From: a virus
Taxonomy: Duplodnaviria > Caudoviricetes
IMG/VR virus record: IMGVR_UViG_3300023084_000034
Coordinates: 1 to 47,910 of that record
Length of the DNA: 47,910 nucleotides
Reading direction: 5' to 3' (one strand)
The notes beneath the pieces are model-generated. The model had not been told where the DNA came from. It did no database searches and saw nothing but the letters and a program-made list of their open reading frames with translations. The number at the start of each line of letters is the position of its first letter. The first letter of the stretch is position 1. This document shows positions 12,301-20,653 of the stretch, one piece after another. The translations under genes were made by a program, and so were the position numbers.

Positions 12301-15300
12301 CATAACGATACCTTCACCAACACTTAAACTATGAGTTCCAACAGTTACCACAAAATCACCAGTTGCAGGGTCATAAGATGCATTAGTTGGATTGAATTCA
12401 ATATTCGGACCTGATTTGCCAACATTTACAGTTATAGTATCTGATGTTGTTGCTGTTATTGGTAATCTATTATTGTATGCGGGTTGACCAAGTGAAGGTA
12501 AAATATGTTCAGTTCTATTACCATCCATTTCACAAGTAAAGGTAAATGAATTAGGTTTTATCCAAATACCATTTGATGTACTTAGTGAATGGTTTGCAAT
12601 AGTAATTACAAAATCTCCACTTGATGGGTCATATGATGCATCTGTTGGAGTAAATGATTTTACACCATCTGTTATAATTCCAGTAACAGTTTCAAATGAA
12701 GAACTTATTTCTAATACTTCACTTCCACTAATTGCTAATGAATCGGTATATTGAGTAGAATTAGTAAACCTAATATTGTTTTCCGTGTTCTTAGAAATTG
12801 ATGGTGTTACCAATTCTTCATTTTGTACAACCTTTTTACTAATTGAATCGGCATATCGTATTGCCTGTACAGTTTCTATTATTTGAGTTGTAGTTGCTTC
12901 AGATGGGTATAGATAATAATAAACACCTGCTACAACACTTCTTTGATTACCACCATACAATAAGTCAGTTACAACCGCATCAATAATGTATCCAGTATCT
13001 CTTCTACACTTAGTTCTATTATAAGTGAAGTATGGATATGTCTGGTCTATAAAGTCAATAACATTATCTTGAATTAAGTCTTTATTGTCTAAGATTAAAT
13101 CATAAGATTGTTTTTTGTCTAAAGAGGCAGTAGTAAATATTGTATTTTCAATCAGTTTATCTGCTACACCTGCCGCATGTCTTACACCATCCAATGTTTG
13201 TTGTAATTGAGAACCAGTTGCTTCAGATGGGAATAAGTAATAGAACTCACCCGCAGTTACACTTCTCTCGTTACCACCATAAAGTGTATCAGTTGCAACC
13301 GCATCAATAATATATCCAGTATCTCTTCTACATTTAGATTCTATATAGTCAAAACCACTCCAAGAAGAAGAAATATAAGATATTACCTCATCTTGTATGA
13401 ATGATTTGTTTTCAAATAATAAATCATAAGTTGATTGTCTTTCTATCGAAGGACTTACTAAAGTTGTATTTGTAATTAACTTATTTGTAAGTCTTGATGC
13501 GAAAGAAACACCATCCGATGTTTGAGATAGTTGAGAACCAGTTGCTTCTGAAGGATATAGATAGTAGAATTCTCCTGCCTTAGCACTTCTTTCATTACCA
13601 CCATATACAAAGTCAGTCACAACTGCATCTAAAATATATCCAACATCTCTTTTACATTTAGATTCGTTATAATCAAATGTTGACCAAGATGAAGATAAAT
13701 ATGCTATTGTTTCATCTTGTATTAGTTGTTTATTTTCAGTTATTAAACTTGCTACTGCTAACTTTTGTTCCGATGCTGTTACAAATAAATTGTTTTGTAA
13801 AATTTCATCAGTCATTGATTTTGCCCACTTAACACCATCAACTGTTTGTGTTAATTGAGAACCAGTAGCATCTGATGGATATAGGTAGTAGAATTCACCT
13901 GCTACTCTACTTCTTTCGTTTCCTCCATAAAGTAAATCAGTAGATACTGCGTCTAAAATATATCCTACATCTCTTGCACATTTTACATCATCGTATTCAA
14001 AATCTGCCCATGATGAAGAAATGTATTCTACAACCTCAGTTTGAATTAAGTTTCTGTTTTTGAAGATTAGGTCATATCCATTTGTTCTACTAAATGGTGC
14101 AGATGCAAATTGTGTATTTACTATAATGTTTTCAGATAATCTTCTTGCGTAATTAATCGCATCAGTTGTTTGAGATAATTGAGAACCAGTAGCATCCGAT
14201 GGATATAGGTAATAATATCTTGCTGCTTCAACAGTTCTTTCATTACCTCCATAAAGTGTATCTGTTGCAACCGCATCAATGATGTATCCCACATCTCGTT
14301 TACAAGTTGACTCTACATAATCAAAGTCAGACCAACTTGCTGAAATATATGCAATAGTTTCATCTTGAATGAATTGTTTATTGTCTCTCAATAACTGATG
14401 AGATGCCGATGCCTCATTTGAAGAAGTTATAAATTCAACATTTTGTATTACTTTATCTGCTAATCTTCTTGCATAGTCAATTCCATCAAGTGTTTGTTGT
14501 AATTGAGAACCGGTAGCATCCGATGGGTATAGGTAGTAGAATTCTCCTGCGTTTGCACTTCTTTCATTACCACCATAAACAATATCAGTTTTTACTGCAT
14601 CAATTATATAGTTTATATCTCTTTTACAAGTTACTTCATTATAATCAAATGTTGACCATGAAGAACTCAAATAAGAAATAGTTTCATTCTGAATAAATGG
14701 TGTGTTTTCAGTTAATAAAGTTTGTGTTAATAACCTTTCTTCAGATGATGTTACAAATTCAATATTTTGAATAAGTTTTTGTGCCAATCTACTTGCGTAA
14801 TTGATACCATCTAAAGTTTGATTTATCTGAGAAGTTTCTGCTAAAGAAGGGTTCTCAAAATAGAACTTACCATTTACTACCGATGCGGAATTTGCATTCC
14901 AAATTAAATCTTCTGCTGCACCACTAACAATAAATCCAACATCTCTTCTACACTTTTGTTCATCGTAAGAAGCAGTTGACCAAGAAGATGATAAGTATGC
15001 TATTGTTTCTTCTTGGATAAAATCAATATTTTCTTTTAATATTTCATAAGATGCTATTGCATTTTCGGTTGTCAATCTTGTTGTATAATCAACAAGAGTT
15101 GGTGCCGAATTTAATCCATTTTTAATTATACTCGTTACTATTGCGAATGATGAAGAAAGGTAAGATACATCTTCTAATGAACCACTATAAGAGGATGAAA
15201 TATATTGTCCTATGTTTCCAACTTTTATATTCTCATTTACATTTTCTACAATCGTAGGAATACTACCCGTTCCATTTTCTACAATATCTAATACAATAGC

Positions 15301-18300
15301 AAACGAAGATGATACTTTGTTGATTTCTTCACTACTAACCGAAGATGCAGAAATGTATTGAGGTGTGTTGGTTACTTTTATACTTGCTGAAGTATTTAAG
15401 ATTTCACTTGGTAAATTACCCAACCCATTAAATAAAACATCAATAATAGTTGCGTATGATGAACTAACAAGACCCACCTCATAATCACCAGCAGAAACTG
15501 ATGATGTTAACTGATTGGTTGAAGTTACTTTAATTAAATCTGACACATTGTCATCTAAAGTTGGTATGTTGTCAGTTCCATTTTCTAAGATATCAATAAT
15601 TGTATCAAAAGATGATGTTACAATATTTCTAATACCAACCGTTGCATCAGTTGATGAAGTATATTGACTTATATTACTTTTCTTTATTGAACCGGTAATA
15701 TTACTAACAACCGTTGGTAAATTATCTAATCCATTCTCCAAAACATCAATCACGGTTGCGAATGATGAACTTACATTATGAGTATCATTTACAGACGCTG
15801 AAAAAGATGAACTAAATTGAATGTTATCAGTTACCTTAATATTATCAATAGTGTTGTAAACAACCTCTATTTCACCTTTAGATGGAACATCAATATATCT
15901 TTGAGTATCAGATAAAGGTAAGTTGTCTACAATATCAATTACACCACTTGCAGAAACATTATTTCCATTCACATAGAATAACCTATCGGGTGCATCAAAT
16001 GGTACAATGAATGTTAAAGTACCAAATGTTGTTCCATTATTTGTTATACCAGTTGTGTATTGGAACTCTGTTCCTGATTTTCTTTGTGTTTTAATATAGA
16101 ATGGTTGTCTCTCATCAGGATTTATACTTCCACCATCTACGATATTTAGAGAGTTAATAGAGAAAGTATATAGTTCTCCTCGTTTTAGAGTAAGTGTTGG
16201 GTCTTTTATTCCATCATCATAAGAACCACTATCTTCTGGTAAATCCTTTCCATCAATGTCATCAAATTTTGATAACTGATTCTTGTTAAAATAAAATGCG
16301 TTATAATTACTATCCAATGTTACAACTTCAAAATAAGTTGATGCATCAGATGAACCACTTATTATTCGACTTCCAGTAATTCCAAATTCTATAATATCGG
16401 AAACTACTGCGAATGAAGATGATACTTTTGCTACCTCAACCGAAGATGCCGTTACCGATGCGGTGTATTGATTATTATTATTAAATTTAATTGCCGAATC
16501 GGTATTTTTTACTATTGTAATTTCATTAGGAATGTTTACACCAGTTACCGTTTTTACTAAATTGTCTCCATAAGAATTTTTAGGAATACCAACTGTTGAT
16601 ATTGGATTTCCTTTAGAATCGGTTCCTATTGTTTCTTCAGTAGTTATTGATGAACCACTTTCAATTATTTTTATAACGGTTTCATAATTACTTGAAATAC
16701 TTTCGGTGTATGTATTATCAAAACTTGTACTACTTGTTATTTGATTTCTTCCACTTGTGTTTACAGGACTTGTAGTAGTCCATTCAATATCACTTGAGTT
16801 TGCTGCTATAGCACCCAATACATTAGAATCACCATATCTTATAATATCTTCAATAATACCGAAAGATTGAGATACTATTTGTATTTCAGTTTCCCCACCA
16901 CTAATAGAACCTGTTGTTGGTGTATAAGATGTTACTCGTATGTTACCATCAGTATTTAGAACAATCTGTGGTGTATTGATATTGTTTGATAATACTATTT
17001 CTCGTAAGAAACCTTGTGAGTATCTTATACCTTCTAAAGTTTCTTCTAATTGAGTTGTATTTGCAATAGAAGGGTATAAGTAGTAATACAATCCTGCCAA
17101 TTCACTTCTTTCATTACCACCATAAACTAAATCGGTGATAACATTGTCAATAATATATCCAGTATCTCTCCTACATTTTGCCTCATTGTAAGAGAATGTT
17201 GGATATTTTGTGTTTATATATGTAATCGTTTCATCTTGAATAAGAGAACGATTTTTTCTTGCTAAATCGGCTGCTGCTTGAATTGATTGTGATGCAGTTA
17301 CAAATGTTTCATTGTTAACCAATTTTTGTGATAATCTTTTGGCATACTTTATACCATCTAAAGTTTGTTGTTTTTGACCATCGGTTCTATTATCAGTAGT
17401 TGCTAACGAAGGGTATTTGTAATAGAAGTTTCCTGCCTCGAGGGTTCTTTCATTACCATCGTATAATAAGTCAGTTCCAACTGCATCAATTATGTATCCT
17501 AAATCTCTTCTACATTTTGCTTCATTATAATCAAAAGTAGACCAAGATGAACTTAGATATGCAATCGTTTCTTCTCTAATAAAATCTTTGTTATTGAATA
17601 AAACATCATATCCATTATCAATATCAGAATTTGTATCTCTAAATGTTTTATTCTTTAATATATTTTCAGTAAGACCTCTAACATATTTTATTGCAGTTAG
17701 TGTAGGGTCTTTTTGTGTCGTTGTTGCGTCTGATGGATACTGATAATAGAAAATACCACTTCTTACAGATTCTTCATTTCCACCATATAATAAATCATGT
17801 GCGGCACCACTTACAATGTATCCAACATCCCTTTTACAAGTTTCTTGATTGTATTCAAATTCACTCCAAGAAGATGACAAATAAAGAATTGTTTCTTCTT
17901 GAATAAATGGAATATTGTTAATCAATAATTCGTATGCATTTTGGTATTCAACCGTTGGGTTTGCTATTGAACTACTTGGTACAATAGTTGGAACTACATT
18001 TGAACCAGTTCCATTGTCTAAAATATTATAAACAATAGATATAGATTCACTAATACTTTGAACAATACTATCGGATGAAATAACATCTGTTTCATATGGA
18101 GTTTCACTTGAAAATTTGAAACTTGCTGAAGTGTTTGTTATTAGTGTATCTGCAAATGTTGGTCCATTGGTAATAATATCAATTACCTCATCAAACCTAT
18201 CTCCAACAATTTGTTTAGTTGTAGAAGTTACTGCAATTCCACTTTTATATTGTTCGACATCACCAACATAAATTGATGCTGAAGTATTTTCAGCTTGAGT

Positions 18301-19797
18301 ATATGATGATGTTGCTGCGTTACCTCTATCAATAATATCAAGAACTATTGTATAGTTTGTATCTATTTTTTGAATATCAGAAACCGATGCAGTTAATGAT
18401 GATGTGATTTGTGTATCACCACTAATATTATAAACCGATGCTGATGAATATCCAGTTGTACTACTTTTTGCAACTAAAGCAACTTCATTAGTATCACCAT
18501 TTTCAATTACAGATGTTACTAATCTAAAATCAGATTTTGCAATTTCTGCAACTTCAGCATTAGAATCTGCCGAAGTAAAGTATTGAGGAATTACATTTGG
18601 GTCAGTTGCTCTATATCCATTTTCGGTATTCGTTACCAATGGTGGAATTGCAGAAAGACCATCTTCAATTGTATCAACAATAATTGAATAGTTATTTTGT
18701 ACATTTATAAATGCATTTTGGTTACCACCACTACCTGTAATGAAACGAGAACCAGATGCGTACATACCATAATCACCAAACGAGGTGTTTGAGTTAAGTA
18801 GTACTGCTTGTCCACCATCAATTACTTTTACTGAATATGCTGAGAAGTTGGTGAAGAATGATACCAACTGAATGAATCCTCTACCAACAACCTGACAACC
18901 CACACCATTTGGTGCAATTTGTGTATATGCATCAAGTACCATTGAAGCAAGTGGTGAGTCGGGATGGATTCTATTACCATCTACATTCAAACCACCACCA
19001 CCCGCAGGTATTTCTTCGTATGCTTCTAAGAATGAATTTTCCTGATTCGAAATCATCGAACAGTTCTGAACATAAGGAGATGTTGTAATAAATGCGTTTG
19101 GTGCGAATGCAATAGCAAATCCTTTTGCTGCTACATCAACCGATGGATAAACTCTTAGACCTGCGAAAGTCATTTCAGCAAGATAACAACCAGAATTTAC
19201 CCAAAAAAGGTCTTCGTTTTCGTTTTTAGCAATAATTTTTGTTACCCTTAAACCACTTCCCCAAACAGTTGTGTTTCTTGGTAATTCAATTGGGTTATCT
19301 TCTACATAATTACCAGTATCTACATCGATTCGGAAACCAGTAAAGTTAGAACCAGTATCTAAACCAAATCTACCATCATCACCAGGAGTTGCTAATTCGG
19401 CTGCTTTCTTTATAGTTCTTAGTGGGAATTGTGGTGAACGACCATCATTTGTATCATCACCCCTTGTAGCAGATACATAAATAGTGGCATCACTACCTCC
19501 AAATTCGGTTACTGAAATACCACCAAATCGTTGAGTATCAACAGATTCATCAGAGAACGATGAGGTTGCGTCTAATCTACTTTGAGCATCCTTAAACGAT
19601 AACTGACCATCTAATTCTAATGAACCAGTTATTTCTACCGAACCTGTGATTCTTTGTATAGTATCGGCAGTTGACCCAATATCTATTGATTGAGATACTA
19701 AAAGAGAACCAGAAATAAAAACAGAGTTAGCTACGGATATGGAATCCTTAAACTGATTTATTTCTTCTATCTGCTTCTGTGGTATTAATCTAGCCAT
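6352..19797 (-). CDS. Giant virion structural protein (4481 aa): N-terminal pectin-lyase-like beta-helix region, 19 CxRD helical repeats, 4 Cys/His beta repeats, peptidase-like and cupredoxin-like inserts
   Basis: ORF track. IYVSATRGDDTNDGRSPQFPLRTIKKA is a typical beta-helix cap. The repeats are directly visible, and the gene lies in the morphogenesis operon with a TAATG overlap to the upstream gene. Confidence 0.85.
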   Translation of the reverse strand: MARLIPQKQIEEINQFKDSISVANSVFISGSLLVSQSIDIGSTADTIQRITGSVEITGSLELDGQLSFKDAQSRLDATSSFSDESVDTQRFGGISVTEFGGSDATIYVSATRGDDTNDGRSPQFPLRTIKKAAELATPGDDGRFGLDTGSNFTGFRIDVDTGNYVEDNPIELPRNTTVWGSGLRVTKIIAKNENEDLFWVNSGCYLAEMTFAGLRVYPSVDVAAKGFAIAFAPNAFITTSPYVQNCSMISNQENSFLEAYEEIPAGGGGLNVDGNRIHPDSPLASMVLDAYTQIAPNGVGCQVVGRGFIQLVSFFTNFSAYSVKVIDGGQAVLLNSNTSFGDYGMYASGSRFITGSGGNQNAFINVQNNYSIIVDTIEDGLSAIPPLVTNTENGYRATDPNVIPQYFTSADSNAEVAEIAKSDFRLVTSVIENGDTNEVALVAKSSTTGYSSASVYNISGDTQITSSLTASVSDIQKIDTNYTIVLDIIDRGNAATSSYTQAENTSASIYVGDVEQYKSGIAVTSTTKQIVGDRFDEVIDIITNGPTFADTLITNTSASFKFSSETPYETDVISSDSIVQSISESISIVYNILDNGTGSNVVPTIVPSSSIANPTVEYQNAYELLINNIPFIQEETILYLSSSWSEFEYNQETCKRDVGYIVSGAAHDLLYGGNEESVRSGIFYYQYPSDATTTQKDPTLTAIKYVRGLTENILKNKTFRDTNSDIDNGYDVLFNNKDFIREETIAYLSSSWSTFDYNEAKCRRDLGYIIDAVGTDLLYDGNERTLEAGNFYYKYPSLATTDNRTDGQKQQTLDGIKYAKRLSQKLVNNETFVTASQSIQAAADLARKNRSLIQDETITYINTKYPTFSYNEAKCRRDTGYIIDNVITDLVYGGNERSELAGLYYYLYPSIANTTQLEETLEGIRYSQGFLREIVLSNNINTPQIVLNTDGNIRVTSYTPTTGSISGGETEIQIVSQSFGIIEDIIRYGDSNVLGAIAANSSDIEWTTTSPVNTSGRNQITSSTSFDNTYTESISSNYETVIKIIESGSSITTEETIGTDSKGNPISTVGIPKNSYGDNLVKTVTGVNIPNEITIVKNTDSAIKFNNNNQYTASVTASSVEVAKVSSSFAVVSDIIEFGITGSRIISGSSDASTYFEVVTLDSNYNAFYFNKNQLSKFDDIDGKDLPEDSGSYDDGIKDPTLTLKRGELYTFSINSLNIVDGGSINPDERQPFYIKTQRKSGTEFQYTTGITNNGTTFGTLTFIVPFDAPDRLFYVNGNNVSASGVIDIVDNLPLSDTQRYIDVPSKGEIEVVYNTIDNIKVTDNIQFSSSFSASVNDTHNVSSSFATVIDVLENGLDNLPTVVSNITGSIKKSNISQYTSSTDATVGIRNIVTSSFDTIIDILENGTDNIPTLDDNVSDLIKVTSTNQLTSSVSAGDYEVGLVSSSYATIIDVLFNGLGNLPSEILNTSASIKVTNTPQYISASSVSSEEINKVSSSFAIVLDIVENGTGSIPTIVENVNENIKVGNIGQYISSSYSGSLEDVSYLSSSFAIVTSIIKNGLNSAPTLVDYTTRLTTENAIASYEILKENIDFIQEETIAYLSSSWSTASYDEQKCRRDVGFIVSGAAEDLIWNANSASVVNGKFYFENPSLAETSQINQTLDGINYASRLAQKLIQNIEFVTSSEERLLTQTLLTENTPFIQNETISYLSSSWSTFDYNEVTCKRDINYIIDAVKTDIVYGGNERSANAGEFYYLYPSDATGSQLQQTLDGIDYARRLADKVIQNVEFITSSNEASASHQLLRDNKQFIQDETIAYISASWSDFDYVESTCKRDVGYIIDAVATDTLYGGNERTVEAARYYYLYPSDATGSQLSQTTDAINYARRLSENIIVNTQFASAPFSRTNGYDLIFKNRNLIQTEVVEYISSSWADFEYDDVKCARDVGYILDAVSTDLLYGGNERSRVAGEFYYLYPSDATGSQLTQTVDGVKWAKSMTDEILQNNLFVTASEQKLAVASLITENKQLIQDETIAYLSSSWSTFDYNESKCKRDVGYILDAVVTDFVYGGNERSAKAGEFYYLYPSEATGSQLSQTSDGVSFASRLTNKLITNTTLVSPSIERQSTYDLLFENKSFIQDEVISYISSSWSGFDYIESKCRRDTGYIIDAVATDTLYGGNERSVTAGEFYYLFPSEATGSQLQQTLDGVRHAAGVADKLIENTIFTTASLDKKQSYDLILDNKDLIQDNVIDFIDQTYPYFTYNRTKCRRDTGYIIDAVVTDLLYGGNQRSVVAGVYYYLYPSEATTTQIIETVQAIRYADSISKKVVQNEELVTPSISKNTENNIRFTNSTQYTDSLAISGSEVLEISSSFETVTGIITDGVKSFTPTDASYDPSSGDFVITIANHSLSTSNGIWIKPNSFTFTCEMDGNRTEHILPSLGQPAYNNRLPITATTSDTITVNVGKSGPNIEFNPTNASYDPATGDFVVTVGTHSLSVGEGIVMEPESFAFTCDMDDNQSVKSYPRVGIDPKAVRSIPLTAVTDTTLTFNVGASGPNKYFTPVSASYNALTGDMTLTVSESFGLGVGRSVVLEDESFAFTCDQDGNTTTHSYPRPGSDPYAGKSIVITSVGTTTHTITDAPYDSATGDVTITIANHGFSNGDYIKLDDNSLTYTCVLDGNTTTKSYPRPNYDYPSGRWLEISNVTTNTFDINIGSSPYVGAHTFVSATADGLERQDGTFTINVGNAGSASGSLHTFVSASNNAVKHEPQSVHTFVSASNGALKHLPQSTHTFVRTVENSISTVPYETKNIESLTKVNNIEQFTLSTSGSSTEVGIVSASIDLINDIIRLGTDNIPFTIAKHFQTSELDTPQQLTTGSYTQITGPTLDSEYNNGSIISLTGDGSDFFKKEVTVNGVRIVVAGDVGGQTAVPDAFTEKVARMFELFTDPSGSGINETFQRNLIKTLSGDSGTYHAGLPTIQRVARGAGSDYTPNFLDDAGILYWNLTNLLDTHVQNDMVWYLNSTGDISGSGDIDAQEVIEHIFHTLHMHGLPADDIKLYSYLASDWQTGDLYLAMEEAYDAGLWDSSGYGGNSWKTDSDAFEVAAKEYLYLLNFSMFEYTDLWENGSLSPEWDDSMRTQAGILANNPLGYAFHNTYISPTISKPSLATIRSIFQDGDLGDPTIAGESGYVVTPTGTYDVTDELVIVSSSVKIVNDIIQSGTGSLPTQISNTSNTIKVGTVDQFIGVQSGSLTEIDLVKNRAGIIENVVQNGTGSLPILVRTNSDITNLIKYTDSSQITGSSGDKVQEKIISSSFGIVVDILNNGTGSLPTLVDYETRIDAPKSVNAYNLLKDNIEFIQDETIAFLSSSWTEFDYNEAKCRRDLGFIISGAAEDLIWNANSSSIVNGKFYYEYPSQATGSQLQQTLDGIIYASNMAQNIVRGRTYVTASQNVSASFELLRNNREFIKEETIAFVSSSWSDFYYSESKCRRDTGYIVDAIATDLLYGGNERSTIAAEYYYRYPSAAIVGGVPNENQQKDPTVTAINYIKGLVGELVSGSTFVSPSNEVEYTYDSIRENRQFIQNETVAFINAKYPDLIYNEASCSRDTGFIVDAIATDLRWGGNQRSITAGEFYYKFPSKAISSQASSTIDGVVYIKDLIESIANKETLSVPQRTLNTDSNIKFLTHNQFTGSLSGSLENIAFVSSSIDIVTTIIANGTGSYETASLYGVRSTDPSTLAAYEIIKENIDFIKDETIAYLSSSWSTSSYNEEKCKRDVGFIISGAAEDLVYNTYSASIVNGKFYYEYPSEANGTGSQINQTLDGIFYASRITQKLIQNIEFETASLEVSSSYNLIRENRQFIQSESISYLSSSWSSFDYNEEKCKRDITHIIDAVSTDILYGGNERSITAGNFYYKYPSSATTAQVDPTTTGINYAGDLMENLIQNNEFVTATAERIAGNKTLLENRSFIQNEVIAYISSSWSGFEYNEASCSRDTGYIVDAVATDLLYGGNERSRTAGEYYYLYPSEATTTQANQTTDGVKYASGIAQKLVQNIEFVTASNEVSASWNLLRDNKEFIQNEVIAFVSSSWSGVYYDEEKCKRDVGFLIDATATDLFYGGNERSVTAGSYYWRYPSRATNKGVPSEENQLDPTVDGIRYAKGLSQKVIQNTEFTTPTNSTLVGAELLIGNKNLIQNEVITFLSSSWSEFEYNQEKCFRDVGYIIDAVRTDMVYGGNERSLQAGRFYYYIPSVAITEQKPQTIDGIDFAKGLAERVILKDQLTRAPFNTRVSVDLLRANKKVLQGKAISYTNGAFPDFVYNEEKCYRDTGFIVDAIATDLLYGGNERSIEAAKSYYNGVYGDASAVVNEQKYETAETNRFLRTQFQRIVRNSPLELFGSLIITTGHDFSYAGSGVTYKALPPNQGGAGVPDPTKEITEIGGGRVFFTSGNELGDFRIGAGLVINQATGTLQGRTFSRSLFSLVTPFSLALQD
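6660..17950 (-). repeat. 19 copies of a ~108-aa (324-bp) helical repeat in four blocks (3+7+3+6)
   Basis: Cys codons of CxRD at 17836, 17512, 17173 | 14950, 14626, 14302, 13978, 13654, 13330, 13006 (exact 324-bp period) | 9679, 9355, 9010 | 8503, 8173, 7849, 7525, 7180, 6856. Confidence 0.95.
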
Positions 19798-20276
19798 TAT
19801 TCAATTTCTACAATTTTACCTTTAATTTCAAAGTCAGTTCTAACCACATCTGCTGGAACTAATGTAATACTTTGATTAAAAATGATTTTGATGGATACAC
19901 CGTTCATCAAATTACCAGTAGTTATTTCACCACCAATAGAATTGAATATTTTAACTTCGTACCTATCTCCCGTCTGCTTTACTCCATATAAATATACATC
20001 AATGTAATCTTTCACATCATCTACAATCAAATCTTCATAAACAAATCTATACCCCTTTATATCACCGTAATCCGTGTAATCACCATCCGATGGTGTTGAG
20101 TTATCAACAGGACCTAATGTAAGGGTAAACAATTCATCATTTAAGGAAATAGATGTAGGTGTAAACTCTTTTATAAATGTATCTTTAATTACATCTAATA
20201 AGAATGTTCTAAAAGATTCCTTATCTCTTTTCTTTTCAATATTACCAATTTCTATATGTGGTCTTCTTCTTGCCAT
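19797..20276 (-). CDS. Hypothetical structural protein (159 aa)
   Basis: ORF track; stop/start overlaps on both sides; C-terminal motif shared with the 125-aa and 353-aa neighbours. Confidence 0.75.
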   Translation of the reverse strand: MARRRPHIEIGNIEKKRDKESFRTFLLDVIKDTFIKEFTPTSISLNDELFTLTLGPVDNSTPSDGDYTDYGDIKGYRFVYEDLIVDDVKDYIDVYLYGVKQTGDRYEVKIFNSIGGEITTGNLMNGVSIKIIFNQSITLVPADVVRTDFEIKGKIVEIE

Positions 20277-20653
20277 TAGTTAACTTGCTCTAAATCACCT
20301 TCAATTTTAATTTCATCACTTGACTCAATCTGCCATGCTTCTCCAAAATTTGGGTCATTTGGATTTTCAATTATTGATGGAAAGTTTGCTCTTATAAACT
20401 TTATATGAAAATCGTTTCCAACCTGCTCGTACTTGTAGTCTCTTGGAGCAATGTAACCACCCCAAATAAAAACATCAAAACGATGCTCCGTTTTTCTTTT
20501 ATCAGCAACTCTACTATCTAAAGTCTTTAGTCTACAATTCTGAACTCTCCATATCCAATATAATGGATGAGTACCATTGTATTCTTCCATAACGAACTCA
20601 TTGGGTTCGTTAACTTCTTTCATTATATTTTTTATGGTTTTTATATCACTCAT
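20276..20653 (-). CDS. Hypothetical structural protein (125 aa)
   Basis: ORF track; overlaps both neighbours; FDVFIWG...DEIKIEGDL motif. Confidence 0.75.
   Translation of the reverse strand: MSDIKTIKNIMKEVNEPNEFVMEEYNGTHPLYWIWRVQNCRLKTLDSRVADKRKTEHRFDVFIWGGYIAPRDYKYEQVGNDFHIKFIRANFPSIIENPNDPNFGEAWQIESSDEIKIEGDLEQVN

Noticed and set aside
6352-19797. Giant ORF as tape-measure protein, intein host or diversity-generating retroelement target
   Set aside because: Domain content is surface/fibre-like; no intein splice motifs were noticed at the inserts; repeats differ at all base types and no reverse transcriptase is present.
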